From assembly GCA_000004985.1 (NCBI GenBank), contig GG738851.1: DNA of 64,000 nt; one strand, 5' to 3'. Positions 10,510 to 20,795 of the stretch are shown piece by piece (position 1 is the stretch's first letter; each line of letters begins with the position of its first letter). Origin of the DNA: Naegleria gruberi (taxonomy: Eukaryota). The translations under genes were made by a program, and so were the position numbers. The notes under the pieces are model-generated. The model had not been told where the DNA came from. It did no database searches and worked only from the letters and a program-made list of their open reading frames with translations.

Positions 10510-12219
10510 ATGTTTGACAAGCCAAGTAATCTCTGCTCTCAGTCTTTTGATATTGAAAAACAAGTTTGCTTTTCCAACTCCTCTGATACTGATGTGGTCG
10601 ATTTGTTTTGGATTGATTATTCGGGTGCTGAGGTTTTTATTAGTACCATTGCTCCAAAGCAACAAGTTGGACAGAAAACCTTTGCTACTCATCCCTTCCT
10701 GATGAGAAGTTTATTGAGCAGAAAGATTGTGGGCTTGTTTGTGATTGATGAGCAATTGCCCGATCGATCAACATTGAAATATGGTGAAAATAATTATAAT
10801 ACAAGTGGCAACAGTAAAAGTAGTGGTGGAATGATTCCTACACCTGGTGATGCTCCACCTCGTTTGTTTGAAAAGATTACTTATAGAAATAGTATTGTAG
10901 GAAGTCAAGATCAATATTATGGTTTGAAATCAGCAACTGGAACTTGGCCTGCAGAGCTACATGTAAAGAATAGAACTGGACATAATTTGGAGTCTTATTG
11001 GATTGATTTTGAAGGTAATTTGAGAAGTTATGGAATTTTGGATTCTGGAAAGAATTTTGATAGTATGAGTGGACATGGTCATATCTTTCTTTTCAAAACT
11101 CCTGATGGTTCCTATCAGAAGATAATTACTGCCTCATCTGAAAAACCTTCTCAATTCCTCGATCCTGATGAAATTGAAATTACTGCCTCAGTGATAGATT
11201 CACCTTCAGAAACTAGTTGTCACTCTATTCTTGAGAAGCATATTCAAGGAAGGTGTGGACGTGCACTCAAGTTTTTCACTGAACCTCACATTGATCGGAT
11301 CATTTCAGAAATTGAAACCAAACTCAAACAAGAAGGAAAACGATTCATTGATGAAGACTTTTTCCCAGGAGATAATTGGAAGAGAGCTAGTGATTATTTC
11401 AAAAATCAAGCCAGTATTTTCAAAGGTGATATTTCTCCAAAAGCACCAATACAAGGAGGAGCAGGTGATTGTTGGTTAATCCAATCAATGAGTGGAGCAG
11501 CCACCTTACCAGACAAGATTAAGGAAGTATTTTGCAAGTGTGAACATATTGATCCATCATTGGGATTGTTTGTCTTGTCTTTCCATTCAACAGATGGTTC
11601 AAAAATATTCATTCTCTTGGATGATTACTTTCAATTTACATCAACCAATTTTAAATGTTCAAGGAGTAGTACAGTTGGAGAATTGTGGGTTCCGTTAATT
11701 GAGAAGGCATTTGCAAAACTGTGTGGAAGCTTTGAATCCCTTCATCCAGTTGTTGGAAATCATGGTATTAATCCTGCTGAAGTGTTGTTGTACTTATTAA
11801 GCGGCAAAAATGGTAAAAACATTCAATGGTACTCTGCTGAGGGGAAAACTATAATCTCTCAGGGAAAATTCTATCCACTCGTGGAGAGTTTATTGGACAG
11901 TAAAAAGAGCGTACCAGTCTGTACCAGTAATGCTAATACCAAGGAGGGCTATGTTGATGAGTATGGAATTGTTCACTATCATGGATATTCCATGTTGGGT
12001 TATAGAAAATATCCTCAACACGGCATCAATCTTCTCCACATAAGAAATACATGGTCCAAACAGGAATGGAATGGTTTGTGGTCTGATAATTGTGTACAAT
12101 GGGCCAAATATCCTGATATTGCCAGTGAACTGAGAAGTGTTTCAGAAGATGGATGCTTTTGGATATCATATGATGATTTTGTAAATCACTTTTGTGTACT
12201 TTGGTGGAATGAATTTTAA
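10510..12219 (+). CDS. Calpain-like cysteine protease with two N-terminal VHL beta-domain-like repeats
   Basis: The catalytic Cys motif is QGGAGDCWLIQSMSGAA, the His lies in VHYHGYSMLGY and the Asn in IRNTWS. Upstream are two repeats, SNSSDTDVVDLFWIDYSGAEV...THPFLMRS and KNRTGHNLESYWIDFEGNL...GHGHIFLFKT. Both fit the VHL beta pattern N.S...V.L.W.DF.G....Y......H.WLFR. Confidence 0.75.
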   Translation: MFDKPSNLCSQSFDIEKQVCFSNSSDTDVVDLFWIDYSGAEVFISTIAPKQQVGQKTFATHPFLMRSLLSRKIVGLFVIDEQLPDRSTLKYGENNYNTSGNSKSSGGMIPTPGDAPPRLFEKITYRNSIVGSQDQYYGLKSATGTWPAELHVKNRTGHNLESYWIDFEGNLRSYGILDSGKNFDSMSGHGHIFLFKTPDGSYQKIITASSEKPSQFLDPDEIEITASVIDSPSETSCHSILEKHIQGRCGRALKFFTEPHIDRIISEIETKLKQEGKRFIDEDFFPGDNWKRASDYFKNQASIFKGDISPKAPIQGGAGDCWLIQSMSGAATLPDKIKEVFCKCEHIDPSLGLFVLSFHSTDGSKIFILLDDYFQFTSTNFKCSRSSTVGELWVPLIEKAFAKLCGSFESLHPVVGNHGINPAEVLLYLLSGKNGKNIQWYSAEGKTIISQGKFYPLVESLLDSKKSVPVCTSNANTKEGYVDEYGIVHYHGYSMLGYRKYPQHGINLLHIRNTWSKQEWNGLWSDNCVQWAKYPDIASELRSVSEDGCFWISYDDFVNHFCVLWWNEF

Positions 12220-12704
12220 ATGGATTGTTATGGTGTAACCGTACCAATCACAAGCCTGTCTCCAACCTTTGAAATGCTATCATTGAAACTCAGATCGCGA
12301 TCCAACAAAATTATCAATGAGTTGTATACAATGACTATAATTGACATAATTGCACTCTCCTTCTGGAGAAACTCTCTCTTGTCTTATTATCAGCAAAGAC
12401 TCCTCTACTTTAATCTCCACCACTCAATTATAGGATAGAATTTGATGGTCAACCCATAATGGAATTCTGAATCCAAATCCATTGTTAAATCATCAAACTT
12501 TTGAAGAATATTTTGCAAAGTTTAACAACAGTTTACATTTTAGAAAAGAGAAGTGTACCTCCAAATATTTGGCGTAGTGAAGATTTCCAAAAGAACAACA
12601 CTCAAACGCTGAACCGAAACTTATTGTTGGTTGTAGACCTCGTCTCTCAGGTCTTTACGATACAAGAGACGTTAATAAATATTACAATTTATATGTTAAA
12701 CTAG

Positions 12705-14534
12705 TTAAATGGATTGTTGATCCCATCCTTGCCCCTCTACATCATCCCAATCTTGTCCCATATATGCAGCAACTTTGTTATGATCATCCATCACTTTATC
12801 GTATTTTTCTTCAAACTCTTTTCCAAATAATTCCTTAATAACTGTTTTATGCGTTTCCGGTAAATATGAAAAGGAAGTCAGACTATCAACATTGAAAGAA
12901 TCCAATATTTCTTGCTTTCCAAATAATTCAATTAATAATTGATACCATTTTCTTGAATCAAAACTCTCTCTATAAACTCCACCACCTTAGAGAACAAATT
13001 TGTTTGTTCGCTAATCAAAATATTTTAAATACTTACCTTCCATTATTTCAGTGCCAATATTGGTTTCATAGCCATTAAGCTTAAAATCAATTGTCAGATA
13101 TAGGGTTCGAAGAAAATTAATGATTGTATCTGATGGTTCATCAATGCATATAACGCAATACATAAGAAACGAGTTGTGCATACTAATTGCTTCTCTGATT
13201 CGTTCCATCGCCACAGGAGTGAGATATCGTTCTAAAAGTTCATTACTTTCCAATTTCACAATATAATGATAAATAGATGTATCAGAGAAAATACATTTGA
13301 GTGTTGTGAAATACTCTTCGTGTAACTTCATGCAACGATCTAGAATTGCAACAACCCTTTCAAATTTTTCTTCTCCTATTACATCCTCTCTTCTGGGGAT
13401 GCAATATTGGCGATATTTTACGCATTGACTCAATGTGATTATAATACTGTCAATTAAATTAATGTTGGCTTTCGGCTCACCACGAATAGCTTTCTTCTTG
13501 TACATGAACAAGTTCTTTTCTTGGTATTCTTTGAAAATCTTACTCCCTAATCTTGGTATAATTTCTAATATTTTCTCGATAATGTCTAATAAATCATCAA
13601 TAGGTATATTTGATCCCTTTCCATAAATTCTCTCTGGTGCTTTGAGAATTAATAATCGGGATCCTAGCTTATCTCTATAAAATTTCAATTCGTCCAACAA
13701 AAATTCACGATATTGGTATTTCCATAGTATTTTCCATTGAACATTATTTCTTTCTTTGAGTTTCTTCTCCCGTATTTCAATAGATTTCTCCCTTCTGTCC
13801 AAATCCCAAATCTTTGGTTTGTTTGGTTTTCTATTCAATAAATAAAAATTTTCCTTGATAATTTCACTAATTACTTGTCCATTTGAAAGCTTATCGATAT
13901 GAGTACATGCCTTGATAGATTTCTTCAATGCCCCATCAATTTCAATCTTAAATTCCTCATATAAGTGTGGAAAATAGTTTAAACTAAACTCTATCAATCG
14001 TTTCAGTTTCTTTCTGAGCTTGGCCATTGACTGTCCACACGGTTCTGCATTCACTCTCGAATAAGAATGTACCTTTCTTGGACCGGTTTCCATGTCCATA
14101 TCTGTAGCCGTAGGATATGCATACGCAGTACCATTATTATTATTGCCCTTTCTACTATACAATTCGTAATCATGATTATTCCTCGCTTCATCAAAATCAC
14201 CCACCGAATACATAAAGAATCGTCTTGCCATTATTCTCTCGATTGTCTTTCCAATAAATTCCCTCGCCAAACATTGACACAGAATTTTGTAGAATAAACC
14301 TCCTGTTCCATCCCCATCATATTTGTTCGTTCTATGATTATGATTATTGTCGTGTTGTAGAATTTGGTGATCAGCAAATTCTTCATCGACTACAAAGTCG
14401 TGATGATCAAGAAAATAACGAAGGAAAGGCTTGGAGAGGAGAAAAAGTTGTGAATTTACCAAATCATCAATTGGAATAAATGATGAAATTTCAAACCAAA
14501 TTTCGGTAGGAAGTTGCATCAATTGGTGGACCAT
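12705..14534 (-). CDS. Hypothetical F-box-like protein; two exons, complement 13037..14534 and 12705..12985, with a 51-nt intron at 12986..13036
   Basis: The 507-aa minus ORF ends with ...TEIMEG and then a GTAAGT donor. Removing the GT...CTCTAAG intron joins it in frame to the downstream 66-aa ORF, which continues ...GGVYRESFDSRKWYQLLIELFGKQEILDSFNVD. The N-terminus, EIWFEISSFIPIDDLVNSQLFLLSKPFLRYF, is F-box-like. Confidence 0.55.
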
Positions 14535-14625
14535 TTTTTTTTTACAAAATATTTAAATATTTAATATTAATTTAATAGTAAGAAACCTAACATAATCACT
14601 TTTTTTGATTTAATTGAATTAATTT

Positions 14626-15519
14626 TTATTGTACATTGTTGGAGGTGTAGTATTTTGAATCGTATTCTGCAAAATATTTCGGAAGAGGCTTCTTACTTGT
14701 TGGAATATTCAGAAAGTTACTGTATGCCTTTAACAAAGGGTCTTTGTTCTTAACTGCTGCTGATTCACGTCTACTTTGGAAGTATTTGTTATATATGACT
14801 AATTGATCAATAATTGATGTTTTGAATTCTGGTTTTCGTATCTCACTATTAGAATTGATATTCATCTTTAGTAATTCAAAAAATACAAATGCAAATACTT
14901 GTCCAGAATCTTTCTGACCAAGTTTTTCCCTTTGTTGAGGAGTTAAGGTAAATGTTTTACCATTTAATTCAATGGAAAAGCTTTCTTCATTGTTGAGTGC
15001 TTTTGAATGAAATTCTTCTGGAATGCGATCATTTCCAACCAATTGACAAGTTTCCATAATAGCATATTCTGGTTTTACATATTTGGAGGAGTGGGAAACA
15101 ATATCGTTAAATATTTGACTGAGATATTTGGACTTTTGATTTGATTCTACAGTTTTAAAGTCAAGTTTCATTTTCAAGTCTTCTATTTCCTTGCTTTTCT
15201 TGGCTGATTCGGAAGCAAAATAGTTTTGCATACGATTGGATTCTGCTAATTTCTGCTGGAGTTCTGCAATTTCTTTCTTCAAAAGATCAACATTCTCTTT
15301 AGATGATGTTGAATAATTGTCATCAATAGGAGAAATTTCGGAATCATGGATTTGTCTTTTTCTTTTGTTATTGGTATGAGTGGTTGAAGTAGAATCAGGC
15401 ATTTGAAAGGTTGGTGATTGGTTCCCATTACTTACAAATTTTAAACCAGAAATCCTTTCAAAATCTGTTGCAAATTTTGCAAAAGCGTGTTTGACCATTT
15501 TTTTGGTTTGGAAAATCAA
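14626..15519 (-). CDS. Hypothetical coiled-coil protein
   Basis: A 297-aa ORF. The central heptad region is KENVDLLKKEIAELQQKLAESNRMQNY, with a basic patch. No confident domain is recognisable. Confidence 0.45.
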   Translation of the reverse strand: MIFQTKKMVKHAFAKFATDFERISGLKFVSNGNQSPTFQMPDSTSTTHTNNKRKRQIHDSEISPIDDNYSTSSKENVDLLKKEIAELQQKLAESNRMQNYFASESAKKSKEIEDLKMKLDFKTVESNQKSKYLSQIFNDIVSHSSKYVKPEYAIMETCQLVGNDRIPEEFHSKALNNEESFSIELNGKTFTLTPQQREKLGQKDSGQVFAFVFFELLKMNINSNSEIRKPEFKTSIIDQLVIYNKYFQSRRESAAVKNKDPLLKAYSNFLNIPTSKKPLPKYFAEYDSKYYTSNNVQ

Positions 15520-15685
15520 ATGTTTTACAACAATCTATAAAAAGATCATATGTGTTTTAAATAAATTGAACAACAATTTTCTATTTTTCAACATGGAAAA
15601 TAGCAATGTAACTTGAATCAAAGTCAAGCAACAGTTCTTCTGAAGAAGAAAGATAAGCATGATAGTTAAGAATTTGTAAAAAAAA

Positions 15686-16063
15686 ATGGCAACAATAGAA
15701 GCTTCATCATCTTCAACATCCGAACAACAACAAAAATTTGATCTCCAATCAGATATAATTCTCTTCGATTGCATGTCCTCAGTCGTTCCAATCTCCCACT
15801 ACAAAGCCTTCTCCATGTTGAATATGCATGTCGTTTTGAAACAAGAGGCTAATGTTACTCTTCCAATTGATGATATCGAAAGACGTGTTGGTACATTCTA
15901 TGATTTGAAGGTTTTGGGAGAGGCTAAGGATGTTCCTCCCATCATACAAAGTAGAAAGATTGAATACTTTAAATTACCAGCAGATATTATTGGACAGTTT
16001 GAAGCAAAGGAGGAAGGAACAAGTGGAAAGGCTGAAAAACAAAAGAAGAAGAAGAAAAAGTAG
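15686..16063 (+). CDS. Hypothetical small protein with a C-terminal Lys tail
   Basis: A 125-aa ORF with no overlapping alternative frame. The function is not recognisable. Confidence 0.4.
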   Translation: MATIEASSSSTSEQQQKFDLQSDIILFDCMSSVVPISHYKAFSMLNMHVVLKQEANVTLPIDDIERRVGTFYDLKVLGEAKDVPPIIQSRKIEYFKLPADIIGQFEAKEEGTSGKAEKQKKKKKK

Positions 16064-16376
16064 AATTTCTTCTTGAAGAATTATTTGGTGATGGTTTTTA
16101 GGCTTTGATGATGAGCAAAATTTAATATTTAATTAATTTGATCATGATGGTGATTATATTGTAATAGTATTAATATTAATATATGATGGAGGAGAAAATT
16201 TTGATATTTTGGTGCTAGGAATAATATTTAGTTTTTATTTACATATCCATAGGATAGAATGTAAATAAATTATCATGATATTTACCGAATTGATGATGAA
16301 AATTGTTTTCGATTTATTTGGCCCGAAAACTTAAGCGCGGATGACTGTGGAAACAATAATTGGATGAGTGGAATCA

Positions 16377-16856
16377 TTAATCTTCATCTCTTTCAAATCT
16401 TCTGGATAATCCAACAATATATCTATATACTCTGGAATTCTTCTTCAACCAAAAATAGAGCACTAGGTGATTAATTGGAATTAGTAAAAAGACAAGACTA
16501 ATAACTCCAAATTGTGTATAAGTAAAAGGTAATACTGAATCAAAAGCGGTGAGACCATTGGTAAGCATGCCCTTAATGCATTCATTTGACAATTCGGAAG
16601 AAAGTACTAGTGTGAACGAAAGTGAAATTATTCCAGAAACTATTCTACACAAGGTCAAGCCACTAGAAATGATAAATAACAAATAGTAATCCTCTTCCAA
16701 TCTGGTCCACAAAGATCTTTCCTTGATTTTGTAATTTGAAGTTGGTAGTTGTCGTTGGTGAAGAGACATTTTTTGAAGATTGTTATTAGAATGTATTAGA
16801 TTCGATTTCTTTGATATGCAAATAGTGCATTTGTGTTGATGTTTCGGTATGTACAA
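16377..16856 (-). CDS. Hypothetical small membrane protein, probably starting at an internal Met
   Basis: Two or three hydrophobic helices are visible, YYLLFIISSGLTLCRIVSGIISLSF and FGVISLVFLLIPI. The 5' part of the listed ORF is probably UTR read-through. Confidence 0.35.
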   Translation of the reverse strand: MYIPKHQHKCTICISKKSNLIHSNNNLQKMSLHQRQLPTSNYKIKERSLWTRLEEDYYLLFIISSGLTLCRIVSGIISLSFTLVLSSELSNECIKGMLTNGLTAFDSVLPFTYTQFGVISLVFLLIPINHLVLYFWLKKNSRVYRYIVGLSRRFERDED

Positions 16857-17049
16857 ATTGTTTAATTATTACTTTCAAAAGTACTTTGTAGGTTGGTGTG
16901 AGTTCCAGAATTCACTAGAAAACAAATGTTTCTGTTCTGCCTATTCTAACAAGTGCGCTAGTTTTGTTTGCAAGCTTTTTTCAGCAACAAAAAAAACGCG
17001 ATAGAACACTTCCAGTTAACAAGAACAAGAACAACATAACCCTAACGTA

Positions 17050-17514
17050 ATGCCACCATCATCAAAACAATCATCATCATCGCCATCAGTAGGAAAGAAA
17101 ATCAAGTATTTTCCTCGTGTTGAAAAGGCAGAGCAATTAATCACCAAAGGACATATGGCCCAATTCGGTGCCCTCGTTGGAATGAAAATGAGAGAAGAAT
17201 TAAGAGAACAAATCCGTGAGTACGAATTCGATGTAATTCGAAGACTAATGAAAAAGTCCATTTTGCTGGTAGCCGTAGATGAGGTTGGAAAATCAACAAC
17301 TTCTAATGGCATTTGGAACGTCGATGGCAATACTATGAGAATGTCATTTAGATCAGAATTGTCATACAAGTTGATGGGTGTGTCAAGTAATGACCAAGAG
17401 GATGAAGATTATCACGATGAAGAGGAAGAAGAATCTGAAGTAATAATAGTGAGTGATGATGAAGATTTTGAAAATTATGTTGATGAAGAAGAAATTGAAG
17501 AGGAGGATGAATAA
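17050..17514 (+). CDS. Hypothetical acidic protein with an Asp/Glu-rich C-terminal tail
   Basis: A 154-aa ORF. The acidic tail reads DDEDFENYVDEEEIEEEDE. Confidence 0.45.
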   Translation: MPPSSKQSSSSPSVGKKIKYFPRVEKAEQLITKGHMAQFGALVGMKMREELREQIREYEFDVIRRLMKKSILLVAVDEVGKSTTSNGIWNVDGNTMRMSFRSELSYKLMGVSSNDQEDEDYHDEEEEESEVIIVSDDEDFENYVDEEEIEEEDE

Positions 17515-17862
17515 TTTTCTTCTTCTTATCAACATTTTAATCTTAATACTCTTGTAAATATTAATAAATTTATTGTATTATATATATTAAATATGGTAAT
17601 TTGCCTACAATATCAAGTTGACTATTCGCTTACAAAATATGGCTATTGAACACCTTTTTTATGCTAACAGCCAGCTTCACTGTGTTGTTTCATGTTCATC
17701 CGTTGATGAACTTACGTTAAAAAAGTTTCCCGCCAACAAACTACAAGTTCTAAAAACAACAAACTTTAAAAAAACAAACACAACCCTTACCGTAGTTGTT
17801 TTTTCTTTTGAAACATTTTCAGCCGTTTAAATTGAATATTTATTTATACAAATAGTATCATC

Positions 17863-18323
17863 ATGAGATCTGCCGGAGTTGTATGTACTGTTTAATTAGT
17901 TGTAATTCCGTTATTAATTATCATCATCCTTAATATTTTCATCATTGTGGTCATGATACAATTATACAATGAATTTTATCATAAAAAAACCATATCAACA
18001 ACCAATAGGCCTATCTTTTATGGTTATTATGCTGTGTTGGCTTTTGTGGTATTCATAGATTTTATCTGGATTCACTCATTCTCGGAATTGTTAGTTTCTT
18101 AACGTGTGGTATCTTTGGTATTTTGCAGCTAATTGATTTGATTTTGATTCCTGGCATGGTTGATGTATGCAATGCCAAATTTATGCAAAAGACAACAACT
18201 GTTGTTGTTCAACCAGTGCAAACACAAGCAGGTGTAGTTGTTGTACAAAATGCTCAACAACAACAATTCCATTCATCTACTCAACAAGTTGTTACAACAA
18301 CCACAACCACTACCACCAACTAA
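17863..18323 (+). CDS. TM2-domain-like small membrane protein; exon 1 at 17863..17880 (MRSAGV), a 128-nt intron at 17881..18008, and exon 2 at 18009..18323
   Basis: Exon 2 opens immediately after an AATAG acceptor. It encodes AYLLWLLCVGFCGIHRFYLDSLILGIVSFLTCGIFGILQLIDLILIPG, which matches the TM2 core GxHRFYLG...G..QL.T.G..GIW.LID.I. The upstream ATG is followed by a GTATGT donor in phase 0. The ORF track shows only the non-ATG tail starting at 18123. Confidence 0.45.
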
Positions 18324-18560
18324 TTTTTGTACAAATCAAGATTCCAATCCAAAATAAAAAAGAATTATTTCAGAAATTGGACATTTTAGATTTCCCATTA
18401 AAGAGATTCTACATTTTAAGGATTTGAGTCAGACCAATTTAAACGAATCAAAGTGAAACTATACCGAATCAAAAACAATCAAAAACAAATTGATATCATT
18501 CAATCAGCTACCTTTCCAATCAAACTAACCAACTAACTGTCAAATAACCTGTTCGAAACC

Positions 18561-18911
18561 ATGAAAAAGATACTCTTCATTGTTCTGGTTTGCATTCTGG
18601 CTGCCCTATTCTTCAATGCTGATAAAGCTGATGGACAATTAGTGTACAGCTACCGTTATGCATATAGTTACCCTTACTCCTATGGTTACTCGTATCCATA
18701 CTCATATGGCTATTCCTACCCATATAGTTACGGATACTCATATCCATACAGCTATGGTTACTCATATCCATATAGCTATGCTTATTCCTATAGTTATCCT
18801 TACTCATACGGTGGTTATGGTTATCCTTACTCATATGGTGGTTATGGCTACCCTTACTCCTATGGTTACAGTTATCCTTATTCTTATGCTTATTCATACC
18901 GTTATTGGTAA
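18561..18911 (+). CDS. Secreted Tyr/Ser/Pro-rich repeat protein made of YSYPYSYG octapeptide repeats
   Basis: The signal peptide MKKILFIVLVCILAALFFNA is followed by about 12 tandem YSYPYSYG/YSYPYSYA units. Antisense ORFs over the repeat are artefacts. Confidence 0.6.
   Translation: MKKILFIVLVCILAALFFNADKADGQLVYSYRYAYSYPYSYGYSYPYSYGYSYPYSYGYSYPYSYGYSYPYSYAYSYSYPYSYGGYGYPYSYGGYGYPYSYGYSYPYSYAYSYRYW
18643..18900 (+). repeat. Coding tandem repeat with a roughly 24-nt unit, TAYCCWTACTCNTATGGNTACTCN, encoding YSYPYSYG
   Basis: Direct tandem periodicity is visible in both the DNA and the protein. The boundaries are approximate. Confidence 0.7.
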
Positions 18912-19540
18912 AGAAACCAATCAATGTAATTTTTTCGAAACTCTTAGTGAGACCTTGTGAGACCATCATATACCAATAAAAAAAATTAATTTGTGTGAAA
19001 CAACAATCGCTTCATTTTCAATTATTGGACTAAACATGGACCGTCCAATATGAAGTCGACATTCTGTCAAAATTATGCAAAGATAAAAGTGGACCAAATT
19101 GTGATATCAAGGCATTTTCCATATATCAATCGAAACCGATCATTTTCTATTCTGTTACGTTGTGATTACAGTAAAATGCAAAGCTCTATTTTAGATAGGA
19201 TAAACCTTTCAAATTTCCTATGGTGGTCTTGTCTTTCTTGTGAATGGAACAACAAAATTCATCGTTGCATTCAGGGGTTTATTCACAACAACGTTGAACA
19301 CTAGTTTTGGCAAAATGAAAATTTGTGGATTAGGAAGGAAATATTTCCAACTTTTGAATTGGAAAAGATAACCAACTAGATTGAGAATTTTGTAAAGATA
19401 ACACTTCCAATTCAATAACTCCCTTCATGGAAAATGAATTCAATAATTCAATTCCCCAACCTGATCATTTTCCATTTTTAGAAAATATTCAAATAGATTT
19501 TTCCAAAAACGAAACTTAACATTATTCGAAAAAAAATCAA

Positions 19541-20692
19541 ATGAAACAAAAACTACCTTCCAACATTAAAGTACTCATACTTTCTCTCCTTCTGGTCCTA
19601 CTACTCTACTGTAATCTTTCACATTCGGCCAGTTTACGTGGAGAATCTAGTACGAATCCAACCGATTCAAATCCGAAATCACCATTAGCTCCAGTTCAAG
19701 GTGGCGCCTACATTATCAGTAGCCAACAACCATCCACAGCCACACAGCAACAACCTACTCAAGGATCTGTCACTCAACAAACTCAAATCGATCCAAATTC
19801 TCAAAACCAAGTCGTGTCCACAACCTCGTATCCAGCATCTGCAAATCCAACTTCGATTACGGTTATTTATCCGAGTGGAGCTACTCCTAGTAGTCAAAAT
19901 CCAGTAATTCCTAGTCAACCTACTCAGACACAACCTACACAACCTACTCAGACGCAACCAACACAACCAAGTCAACCATTGCCACAGCCACAGCCACAAC
20001 CAATTCCAAATCAAAATCAACAACAATCATATCCACAATATTCACAACAAAGTACCTATAGTCAATATACAACTGGTCAACCACAACAACAGCAACAACA
20101 ACCTTATTATGGAAATAATCAACAACAACAACCTGTCTATTCACAACAACCAGTTTATAGTCAACCACAACAACAACAACAACCTTATTATGGAAATACT
20201 CAATATGCTCCACAACAATCTTATCCTCAAAATCAATATGTCCAACAGCAACCAGTGTATAGCCAACCAGTCCAACAACAACAACAACCTTATTATACTT
20301 CATCACCTCAATATGCTCCTGTCCAGAGTGGTCAACCAGCTTATTATCCACAAACACAACAGCCATACTATGGAAACACTCAATATGTCCAACAACAGCC
20401 TCAATATGTTCCACAAACTCAATATGTCCAACAACCTTACAATGGTGGTGCTCAATATTATTATCCACAACAATCTTATCCTCAAACTCAATATGTCCAA
20501 CAACCATACTATGGAACAACTGGTTATGCTGCACAACCATATGTATCGGGTGGATATCCTGCAACCACAGCTGTTGCGCCTGGCTATGGCTATGCTGCTC
20601 CTGCTGCAACTGCTGGATATGGTTATGCAGCTCCTGCAGTTGCCTATCAACCACAAGCTGTTTATTCTTCCTATCCTGCTTATTACTATTAG
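19541..20692 (+). CDS. Secreted Gln/Pro/Tyr-rich low-complexity protein, possibly extracellular matrix or wall protein
   Basis: The signal peptide is MKQKLPSNIKVLILSLLLVLLLYCNLSHSAS. PTQTQ repeats follow, then repeated QQQPYYGN(T)QY / QQPVYSQ units, and a Gly/Ala/Tyr-rich tail. It lies next to the YSY-repeat gene. Confidence 0.6.
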   Translation: MKQKLPSNIKVLILSLLLVLLLYCNLSHSASLRGESSTNPTDSNPKSPLAPVQGGAYIISSQQPSTATQQQPTQGSVTQQTQIDPNSQNQVVSTTSYPASANPTSITVIYPSGATPSSQNPVIPSQPTQTQPTQPTQTQPTQPSQPLPQPQPQPIPNQNQQQSYPQYSQQSTYSQYTTGQPQQQQQQPYYGNNQQQQPVYSQQPVYSQPQQQQQPYYGNTQYAPQQSYPQNQYVQQQPVYSQPVQQQQQPYYTSSPQYAPVQSGQPAYYPQTQQPYYGNTQYVQQQPQYVPQTQYVQQPYNGGAQYYYPQQSYPQTQYVQQPYYGTTGYAAQPYVSGGYPATTAVAPGYGYAAPAATAGYGYAAPAVAYQPQAVYSSYPAYYY

Positions 20693-20795
20693 ACAATGAT
20701 TTGAAAAAATGTAAATTAGATTTGAAATTGTAAAATTGTACAGAGAGAAGTGAAATTCAATGGATTTTGTGTGAGAAATAAAAAGAGTTTGTTTT

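Noticed and set aside
18613-18969. Antisense and alternative-frame ORFs over the YSYPYSYG repeat
   Set aside because: They are frame-shifted readings of the same 24-nt repeat, giving H/M/T-rich sequence, with no start context. They are artefacts of repeat periodicity.
19685-20699. Three overlapping ORFs (113, 250 and 196 aa) across the Q/P/Y-rich gene
   Set aside because: They are alternative and antisense frames of the CAA/CAG-rich repeat. They lack a signal or any coherent composition. The sense frame, with a signal peptide and periodic repeats, is the real one.
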